DNA of 30,338 nt from a virus (taxonomy: Duplodnaviria; Caudoviricetes). A program made the position numbers and the translations under genes. A model generated the notes under the pieces. That model had not been told where the DNA came from and searched no databases. It saw nothing but the letters and a program-made list of their open reading frames with translations. Location of the stretch: positions 1-30,338 of IMG/VR virus record IMGVR_UViG_3300021356_000108. One strand, written 5' to 3'. This document shows positions 23,893 to 30,338 of the stretch, piece by piece; within the stretch, counting starts at the first letter, position 1, and every line of letters starts with the position of its first letter.

Positions 23893-25477
23893 TAATCTCA
23901 GGGTCAAAGATCAAAGTATCTTCTATCAATGACCTTATAATTAAACGACCCGTCAATTCCATAAACTGTGGAACTACACCATTACCTAAAGCTTTAAGCC
24001 TGTCAATGTCGTTGTCTTTTCTTTCAGCAACTCGACTTATTTGATCTTCCCAAGAATTATCAACACCCCAAGAGTTTATTTGTCCAAGTTCAGCCAACCA
24101 TCTGGAAATCCCATGAGTCTGGTCACCCATTCCGGATTGAGCCTTTGACCAATCAATTCCGGATTCCGTTCCCCAACATCCATCTCTAAAGTAGAGCCAT
24201 GCGACCCACTCGCTACTGACGGCGCTTTCTTGTTCACCGGCTTGCTTGCTTGACTTGCCCTCGGTGTCGAAAACCTTTCCCTCACTTGTACTTTGTCCGC
24301 TAGATTGAGGGATCGATCCTCGCCCCCGTTCTTTGCTATCCGGCGTCCCTTCTCGTTCAGTTTGAGATTGAGATGTTCGTTGTCCTGTGTCGAGGGTGTC
24401 GGCCACATTTCCGTTTCCTCTTTGGTTTTCCACTCTATCACTTCTATCGTCGTCAATTCTTTGTCGAACTTTACTTCCGTCAAGTGTGGCTTGATCTTGC
24501 TCCAATCCTCTATGCTCGGGTAATTGAATCCCGCGCTGTCCTTCCTGTACCAATGATCGACCGTCGTTTTCTTTATTCCGGTTTTCTTGGCTAGTTCCGT
24601 CGCCCCTATTTGACTCCTTATGTATTCCGTCCACTCCTTTTGTGTTGGTAGTAGTGGTCTTTCCACCATCTCGTGATCTTGGTAATACTCCATCAAGCTC
24701 GGGTCTTTCTCTATCATTTCCATCCAAACTTGATCGCTCAATGTTCTTTGTACTCTGTGTCCTGACGATCTCCTCGTTTTCCCCTGCATAAGTTTCGTCG
24801 CGTGTTTCAACGAGTCGTCTTTGTTGTCCATTGTTGTAGGGGTCAACCAAATCTTTGGATTTTCTCGTAAGTTCCCAGTGCCTTTTCTTTTGCTCTTCCT
24901 CTCGGGATCTCCACGATACAACGCTCTCTCCAAAGCGTCCCCTGACCTCGGCTCTAAGTAATCCATAGTGTTTGGGGTCTCCCACGATTCCAACTCCCAC
25001 CCATCTTTGTCTTTTGTGTCTTGCTCCAACGAATTTTGCTGATATAAGTTGCCATTCAAATCGATAATACCGCATTTCGGCCACACCTTTGATGACACGG
25101 TTAATGGCTTCTCCGTTGCTTGCTCGGAGGATGTTTGGGACATTTTCCAAGATAAAGATTGGTGGTCGTATCTCATCAATAAATCTTTCGACTTCATCCC
25201 ATAACCATCTTTCATCTTTTACTCCTTTTTGATTTCCTGCAACGCTTACCGGTTGACACGGAAACCCTGCTGTCAAAATATCTACTTTTGATAGATACTT
25301 TGTATTTACTTTTTCTATATCTTTATTTAAAACTAAAGTATTTGGAAAGTTCTTTTCTAGTATTTTACAACAAAAATCGTCATTTTCTACCGCCCAAGCA
25401 ACTTCATCAATAAGACCTGATCGTAGTAAGCCAAGCTCTATACCACCTATACCCGAAAATAGACTACCTAGTTTCAA
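23870..25477 (-). CDS. DNA (cytosine-5)-methyltransferase, alpha polypeptide (motifs I-VIII and X)
   Basis: LFSGIGG, AGFPCQPVS, LENV, HKRQRW and C-terminal RLKALGNGVVP. Confidence 0.92.
   Translation of the reverse strand: MKLGSLFSGIGGIELGLLRSGLIDEVAWAVENDDFCCKILEKNFPNTLVLNKDIEKVNTKYLSKVDILTAGFPCQPVSVAGNQKGVKDERWLWDEVERFIDEIRPPIFILENVPNILRASNGEAINRVIKGVAEMRYYRFEWQLISAKFVGARHKRQRWVGVGIVGDPKHYGLLRAEVRGRFGESVVSWRSREEEQKKRHWELTRKSKDLVDPYNNGQQRRLVETRDETYAGENEEIVRTQSTKNIERSSLDGNDRERPELDGVLPRSRDGGKTTTTNTKGVDGIHKESNRGDGTSQENRNKENDGRSLVQEGQRGIQLPEHRGLEQDQATLDGSKVRQRIDDDRSDRVENQRGNGNVADTLDTGQRTSQSQTEREGTPDSKERGRGSIPQSSGQSTSEGKVFDTEGKSSKQAGEQESAVSSEWVAWLYFRDGCWGTESGIDWSKAQSGMGDQTHGISRWLAELGQINSWGVDNSWEDQISRVAERKDNDIDRLKALGNGVVPQFMELTGRLIIRSLIEDTLIFDPEITKVNRPQ
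24076..25215 (-). CDS. Nested alternative-frame beta polypeptide of the C5 methyltransferase (WxTP repeats, HTH insert, motif IX-like end)
   Basis: YDHQSLSWKMSQ, WPKCG, WETP/WLTP/WPTP/FSTP repeats, RLNPEWVTRLMGFPDGW; exact start uncertain. Confidence 0.85.
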   Translation of the reverse strand: MKDGYGMKSKDLLMRYDHQSLSWKMSQTSSEQATEKPLTVSSKVWPKCGIIDLNGNLYQQNSLEQDTKDKDGWELESWETPNTMDYLEPRSGDALERALYRGDPERKSKRKGTGNLRENPKIWLTPTTMDNKDDSLKHATKLMQGKTRRSSGHRVQRTLSDQVWMEMIEKDPSLMEYYQDHEMVERPLLPTQKEWTEYIRSQIGATELAKKTGIKKTTVDHWYRKDSAGFNYPSIEDWSKIKPHLTEVKFDKELTTIEVIEWKTKEETEMWPTPSTQDNEHLNLKLNEKGRRIAKNGGEDRSLNLADKVQVRERFSTPRASQASKPVNKKAPSVASGSHGSTLEMDVGERNPELIGQRLNPEWVTRLMGFPDGWLNLDK

Positions 25478-26231
25478 TTCTTTCCTTTGCTAAATCAAAA
25501 TATTCTTTTTCTATTTCTATTCCTATAAAGTTTCTATTATTTTTTTTACAAGCTAAACCAACTGATCCTGATCCCATCATAGGATCAAGCACAGTATCAC
25601 CCTCATTAGTCCAACTAATTATGTGATCTTCCGCAAGTTTATATGGAAAAGGTGCAGGGTGAAATTTAGATTGCTTATCAACTTTATTAACTCCAACTGT
25701 GTAATACCAAATATTTCCTTTTATTTTTTCATTTTTTACGGGTTTAGCTTTCTTTTCTCTACCCTGTTCGTTTTTAGAATAATTTTTATATGTTGTGTTT
25801 TTTAATTTTAAACCACCATGAATTGTTGGAACTTTAATTGCGTTATGTGTCTTGACATACTCTTTACTGAATACAAACATATATTCAAATTCATTGTTAT
25901 ATCTTTTTCGGTATATTTGAGGTATAGGATTATTTTTAGCAAAAATCATTGTATCGTGTAATTTAAAACCTACACTCATAAAATTAATTGCTTGATTAAA
26001 ACTTGATCCTGTTTCACTTTTATCTATTGTTGCGTCAGCTACAACCCAAACAACAACTCCACCTTCTTTGGTTATTCTAAATAATTCTTTTGTAATACTT
26101 GAAATATCAAAAGAAGTGTTGCCTTTGTAGTTTCTTAAATTATCGTAAGGTGGACTTGTTATAGACATATCAATAGAATCACTAGATAACTTTTTCATAA
26201 CTTCTACACAGTCACCGTTATATAGTTTCAA
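25464..26231 (-). CDS. Beta-class amino-methyltransferase, probably N4-cytosine, 255 aa
   Basis: GDC, TSPPY, HPAPFP, VLDPMMGSGS, FIGIEI. Confidence 0.92.
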   Translation of the reverse strand: MKLYNGDCVEVMKKLSSDSIDMSITSPPYDNLRNYKGNTSFDISSITKELFRITKEGGVVVWVVADATIDKSETGSSFNQAINFMSVGFKLHDTMIFAKNNPIPQIYRKRYNNEFEYMFVFSKEYVKTHNAIKVPTIHGGLKLKNTTYKNYSKNEQGREKKAKPVKNEKIKGNIWYYTVGVNKVDKQSKFHPAPFPYKLAEDHIISWTNEGDTVLDPMMGSGSVGLACKKNNRNFIGIEIEKEYFDLAKERIETR

Positions 26232-27285
26232 TGACTTCCCAACTCATTTCAGGATTTGAATAATGTGATAATTCTATTTGTGAATAATCTTGATTGTATA
26301 AATCTAATCTTTCAATAATACCTCTTGGTGTCATATCAAATTTGCTAACAAAATCCTCTAATACTTTTTTACTCACATGAAGTTGATCAAACCCACCTAC
26401 CTGTATTTCAAGTGGTTTATCTAAACCAATACCATAAGCTAATCGAACATAGCATTTATCAGCCAAACCATTGGCTACTACATTTTTAGCTAAATGTCGT
26501 GCAGCATAAGCACCTGATCGGTCAACTTTACTAGGGTCTTTTCCTGAGTATGCGCCTCCGCCTACGGCTACGCTTGGACCATAGGCGTCAGCGACAATCT
26601 TGCGACCTGTCAAACCTGTATCGGCTGACGGTCCGCCTTTCGTAAATGAGCCACTTGGATTAAGATATAAAACATTTAAGTTAGTTTGCAATGTGTTTTC
26701 TACTATGGTGTGTATTAAAGAATATATAGACTCTTGATCCCATTGCTTATCATGTTGCACCGAAATAATAACTTGGTAAGTGTTTCCAAGATTAGTCACT
26801 TGTACTTTTCCGTCTAGATCAAGATCATCTCTATATTTTTGTAAAGCATATACTTGTTCAGCAATCTTTAGAGTTTTGTAAAAATTATTAGGTAAATATA
26901 AATTATTTGTATTTTCTGCATACCCAATCATTATTCCCTGATCTCCTGCACCAAAATCTTTTTTGCTAACAACCGCTTTATTTATCTCGTTTGATTGTTT
27001 TGTAATTACATTTTGTATTTCAGCTTTTTTTACATCAAACTCGTCATTGTTTGTTTTTATATATTTAGATAAAACTTCTCTTACAGTAGATACAACTTTT
27101 GATGGCATCATTGACATTTCACCACCAACTACTACAAGCCCTTTATCTTTAGTTCCGGTTATAAAAGTTTCTACGGCTACTTTTGTTTCTTTGTTTTCTT
27201 TTAACGCAATGTTGAGTAAAGCGTCGCTAATTTTATCGGCGATCTTATCGGGGTGTCCCGGAGTCACCATTTCATCTGTCATCAT
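26218..27285 (-). CDS. metK: S-adenosylmethionine synthetase
   Basis: GHPDK, GAGDQG, DGKVQV, NPSGSF..GGPSADTGLTGRK, GGGAYSGKDPSKVDRS; probable ATG at 27285 after AAGGAG. Confidence 0.96.
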   Translation of the reverse strand: MMTDEMVTPGHPDKIADKISDALLNIALKENKETKVAVETFITGTKDKGLVVVGGEMSMMPSKVVSTVREVLSKYIKTNNDEFDVKKAEIQNVITKQSNEINKAVVSKKDFGAGDQGIMIGYAENTNNLYLPNNFYKTLKIAEQVYALQKYRDDLDLDGKVQVTNLGNTYQVIISVQHDKQWDQESIYSLIHTIVENTLQTNLNVLYLNPSGSFTKGGPSADTGLTGRKIVADAYGPSVAVGGGAYSGKDPSKVDRSGAYAARHLAKNVVANGLADKCYVRLAYGIGLDKPLEIQVGGFDQLHVSKKVLEDFVSKFDMTPRGIIERLDLYNQDYSQIELSHYSNPEMSWEVIETI

Positions 27286-28012
27286 ATTCAATTCGCTCCT
27301 TTGCAATATGAAAATATTTCAATTCTTTTTCGATACCTATAAATTTCCTACCGGTATTGACACAAGCAACTCCCGTTGATCCTGATCCCATTGTAAAATC
27401 AAGTACCGTGTCCCCTTCAAGCGTATAGGTTTCTATAAGATATTCTAACAAAAGTACAGGTTTTTGTGTTGGGTGATAAGATTTTTGATTTTTCTTTTGA
27501 TTATCTCTAGCAAAATAAAGCATATTTGTTTTAGTTTTGTGTGTGTAAGTCACATATTTGCGATTACCTTTGTTGTCTAAGTTATTTCTAGCTGTTGCAA
27601 AGCTTTCACCACCAGATATAGTGCGTACCCTAGTTATGGGTTTTGGTAGTTTTTCACCCTGCCAATCATATTCGGGTTGATCTTTATAGAAAATAGATAT
27701 GTTTTCGTTTTTTCTTAATGGTTGTTTTTTACTAAAGGCTTGTCCCGTTCCTTTGTCTTTTTCCCATATCCAATCGTATCTATATTCGTCTATGTTGGAT
27801 AATCGTAAAAAACTACTAAAAGGCTCTAAACCAAATAAAGCTATTGGTGTATTGTCTTTTCTTATTCTTTTTAGTTGTTCCCACATTATTTCTTTAGGAA
27901 CTTGATTATCCCAATTATATTCTGTAGTCCCGTATGGAAGATCTGTTAAAACTAAATCAATAGATTCGTCATCAATTTGTTGCATTATCTCAATGCAGTC
28001 GCCTAGATACAA
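27272..28012 (-). CDS. Beta-class DNA amino-methyltransferase (N6A/N4C), 246 aa
   Basis: GDC, TDLPYG, WIWEK, HPTQKP, LDFTMGSGSTG. Confidence 0.92.
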   Translation of the reverse strand: MYLGDCIEIMQQIDDESIDLVLTDLPYGTTEYNWDNQVPKEIMWEQLKRIRKDNTPIALFGLEPFSSFLRLSNIDEYRYDWIWEKDKGTGQAFSKKQPLRKNENISIFYKDQPEYDWQGEKLPKPITRVRTISGGESFATARNNLDNKGNRKYVTYTHKTKTNMLYFARDNQKKNQKSYHPTQKPVLLLEYLIETYTLEGDTVLDFTMGSGSTGVACVNTGRKFIGIEKELKYFHIAKERIEYDDR

Positions 28013-28020
28013 TTTAGTAT

Positions 28021-28548
28021 CTATTTCACTAACCTTTCCATAATGATCTGTTTCGGCAGGAAATCTCTACAATAGTAAGAACTAGAAAAAGTAGGACTTC
28101 CCATACCTTTTCCGTCTTTTATGTATTCAATTCGCTTATCAAACATTAAAAGCTCTAAATCTATGTTCTCGAACAAATGTTTGGGTGCTGCGTCATTTAG
28201 CCAAGTGTTTGACATAAGTAATGCAAAAGGTTTGTTAAAGCTCAAAGCTCGTTCAAAAATTTGTCTTTTTCCGGTAAAAGGTGGATTAGATACAATAATA
28301 TCCCACCTATCCGGCTCGTATTCATAAAAGTCTTGATCTTGCGATATGTGTGAACTAACAACTTCGTTTTGCTGTCCTATAAGTTTTACAAACCAACTAT
28401 GTGATAAATCAAAAGGACACCAAACTGTAGCGTCTTTTGGAATATATTTTAAAATTGGCCTTACACCATATTCCGGTGTGTAGCATTCGTCGTTCTTACC
28501 TTTAGAATAAAGAACTTTATTACTATCTATTCCCCAATTATTGCTCAA
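28021..28548 (-). CDS. Small adenine-specific methyltransferase (DECYTP/WCPFD/NPPF type), ~175 aa
   Basis: NDECYTP, VWCPFD, QDF, IVSNPPF; probable TTG start at 28548 after GGAAAGG. Confidence 0.8.
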   Translation of the reverse strand: MSNNWGIDSNKVLYSKGKNDECYTPEYGVRPILKYIPKDATVWCPFDLSHSWFVKLIGQQNEVVSSHISQDQDFYEYEPDRWDIIVSNPPFTGKRQIFERALSFNKPFALLMSNTWLNDAAPKHLFENIDLELLMFDKRIEYIKDGKGMGSPTFSSSYYCRDFLPKQIIMERLVK

Positions 28549-29071
28549 GAGTGTACCTTTCCACATCAAACAAAAGTATGCTTTCTTTGTTTTTTTCAAA
28601 TATCATAAATACACACGGAAAGCCAAACCAATCTTTGACAAAAAAATAGGCTAAACCTGTTAGCCCAAACCCCGCATCTTTGATCTTCTGCATTCGTCCT
28701 ACCGTTATATTGTGGCTAGCCATAACATAAGCAAAGCCTTTTTGTGAAATATCTAGTGTATGGTCAATAACTTGATTTAATTTAGAAAATGGTGGATTTG
28801 AAACACACCAATCAACTTGATCTTCATATTCAAAGAAGTCCTTTTCATAAGGCGGTTGGATCTCCGTAAAGTCTTTTTCGACAAAATCGGGGTAATTATC
28901 ATACCAAACCCCTTTTCCATAGAAAGGATCAAGTACTTTGTCACCTTTTGATAATGGTACAGTTTTCAAAGCTTTATCAACAAAAGCCTTTGGCGTATAG
29001 ATTATATCGTTTTTTCGCTCTTTGGAACTAACAAAACTGTTAGCTACACCTCGTTCCCCCAAGAGTCCCAT
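28538..29071 (-). CDS. Small adenine-specific methyltransferase (gamma-like motif order), ~177 aa
   Basis: DIIYTP, VLDPFYGKG, KDFF, VSNPPFS. Confidence 0.85.
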   Translation of the reverse strand: MGLLGERGVANSFVSSKERKNDIIYTPKAFVDKALKTVPLSKGDKVLDPFYGKGVWYDNYPDFVEKDFTEIQPPYEKDFFEYEDQVDWCVSNPPFSKLNQVIDHTLDISQKGFAYVMASHNITVGRMQKIKDAGFGLTGLAYFFVKDWFGFPCVFMIFEKNKESILLFDVERYTLEQ

Positions 29072-29580
29072 CCTTCCTTTGTTTCCCTAGCAAACAATTC
29101 AATTCTAGGAAGATCCCCACACAAGTCAACGATCTGCGATCTTATTACATCGGGCTTTTTACTATGTCTTTCCCTAGGTGCAACTACTAATTCTCTTACA
29201 CCTTTGGAAACTCGACTAGGTTTTCCTTTTGTTGCTAATAAACACAATTCGGGATTACCGCGTGTCCAATAACCAAGCCCTGTAAAAAATCCCTCGCTTT
29301 TCATATTTTCCTTAGCCCAAACAAAACCCATTGTTTTATAAGTAAAACCCCAACTTTCAATAACTTCAAACGCTAATGGTAAAGAGTGATTAACTACCCA
29401 TAGGAATAAAACACAATGAGTATCTGCAATATCGTTTACCGGTAATGATTTTATCCAATCAATACTTTGAGTTTCGTAATGTTGGTTTGGATTTCGTCCC
29501 TCTCCCTTTTTGCTGAAGTTTTTAAAGCTCCATGGAGGATCGGCATAGATAATATTATATTTCTTATCGGGGAACTCCAT
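29044..29580 (-). CDS. MT-A70 family N6-adenine methyltransferase, 178 aa
   Basis: YNIIYADPPW, LFLW, WGFTYKT, GLGYWTRGNPELCL, HSKKP, RIELFAR, WGNEV. Confidence 0.94.
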   Translation of the reverse strand: MEFPDKKYNIIYADPPWSFKNFSKKGEGRNPNQHYETQSIDWIKSLPVNDIADTHCVLFLWVVNHSLPLAFEVIESWGFTYKTMGFVWAKENMKSEGFFTGLGYWTRGNPELCLLATKGKPSRVSKGVRELVVAPRERHSKKPDVIRSQIVDLCGDLPRIELFARETKEGWDSWGNEV

Positions 29581-29632
29581 AAAATAAGTATAAATAAATT
29601 TGTATATAATTCAATTCATGCTAAATTTAATA

Positions 29633-29738
29633 ATGTTCATTGAAGGACAGATCAGGCTTTCTAGCCTAGTCCTGTTTCCTTTCTATGTTCGATACTTAAC
29701 ATTAAGCCAGCTACCAAGATAGTTGGCTTTTTGTTTTT
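29633..29738 (+). ncRNA. Candidate ~100-nt small RNA (or 29-34 aa hydrophobic leader peptide unit)
   Basis: TTGTAT-N16-TAAATT promoter-like site; imperfect hairpin 29642-29683; plus-strand terminator. Confidence 0.45.
29704..29738 (+). terminator. Intrinsic terminator, plus strand
   Basis: AAGCCAGCTA-CCAAGA-TAGTTGGCTT (G-U pair valid on plus strand only) followed by TTTGTTTTT. Confidence 0.8.
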
Positions 29739-30338
29739 AGCTCGAATATTTTATTTGGAAAACTATTGGTTTGTCGTCATCCGACTTTTCGCTATGTTCT
29801 CGCTTAGACCATTCTTTAGGATTTGATCGTTCAAGAAACCAAGCACTAGCTTGCCATATACCATTTGAGGCAGCATCCGTGATTACAGCTAGGTGTGAGA
29901 TCTCCCCATCTACCTTTGCTTTTTTTATAGACTCCCAAAATTCCCATAATTCCAGATCTTCAACATTTTTTATGTTATCTGGATTACCAGAACAGGCTTC
30001 ATCTATCTTTATTGCTTCTTGTTGCCAACGATAAAAGGTTGTAGAACTTATACCTGCAAAGGTTGCAGCCTTATTATTCGACAATCCAAGCTTTAGAGCC
30101 TTTACTAAGTCCGTAAGCGTTTCTGTGGTCAATTTACTAGGTCTCCCTACTTCGTGTCCTACAATCTCAACCTCGACGGCGTCGTGATCAACTATATCGG
30201 TTTCCGGAAGATCTACCTCTATTTCGTCAAATCCAATATCGTCGTCAACTACAACTTCGCTATCGGCTAGATCGGTCACTTCCTTACCGGAATAATCATT
30301 ATCATTATTATCATTATTAGATAATCCTTCTACAACAT
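29737..30338 (-). CDS. terS: Terminase small subunit-like HTH protein with acidic N-terminus (possibly 5'-truncated)
   Basis: GRPSKLT, AATFAGISSTTFYRW, WQASAWFLER..EW; the frame is open upstream of GTG 30279 to the window edge (..VVEGLSNNDNNDNDYSGKE). Confidence 0.72.
   Translation of the reverse strand, partial: VVEGLSNNDNNDNDYSGKEVTDLADSEVVVDDDIGFDEIEVDLPETDIVDHDAVEVEIVGHEVGRPSKLTTETLTDLVKALKLGLSNNKAATFAGISSTTFYRWQQEAIKIDEACSGNPDNIKNVEDLELWEFWESIKKAKVDGEISHLAVITDAASNGIWQASAWFLERSNPKEWSKREHSEKSDDDKPIVFQIKYSS

Noticed and set aside
23870-25477. Frameshifted pseudogene, intein or assembly error in the C5 MTase
   Set aside because: Both frames are uninterrupted, carry complementary motifs with in-register repeats, and there are no intein splice motifs
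23870-29580. Restriction-modification, BREX or DISARM defence system
   Set aside because: No endonuclease, helicase/ATPase or specificity subunit visible; context is a phage packaging region
968-30034. Numerous 60-140 aa plus-strand ORFs opposite the large genes (e.g. 968, 4702, 5086, 6070, 6988, 7342, 9424, 9806, 11979, 12511, 14106-15917, 18589-20890, 22201, 22420, 24293, 24373, 25623, 26963, 27699, 28121, 29771)
   Set aside because: S/F/L/I-rich antisense shadows of well-supported minus-strand genes, with no motifs or expression signals

Overview
AT-rich (roughly 35% GC by eye) fragment of a long-tailed (siphovirus-like) dsDNA phage, almost all on the minus strand. Read right to left: a TerS-like gene; a ~5.7 kb DNA-methylation island (six methyltransferases of at least four types, with a SAM synthetase metK in the middle); small genes with an origin-like repeat block and two candidate small RNAs; thioredoxin; an LmbU/dead-methyltransferase fusion; TerL; a multi-domain portal; prohead protease; HK97-fold capsid; head-tail genes interrupted by a WhiB regulator cassette; major tail protein; frameshifting tail chaperones; tape measure; and tail-tip genes running off the left edge. 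A WhiB2-like gene, many leaderless starts and low GC suggest a low-GC actinobacterial (Acidimicrobiia / Ca. Actinomarina-like) host, which is inference. The most striking signals are: (1) the methylation island with its own SAM supply between TerS and TerL; (2) a C5 methyltransferase split across two fully nested reading frames over 1.14 kb, with an HTH in the inner frame; (3) near-complete avoidance of several 5-mers (GTWAC, TCWGA, GAACC, CCAGB) by manual scan. No integrase, endolysin, tRNA or CRISPR was recognised. All family calls come from motif recognition, not database searches.
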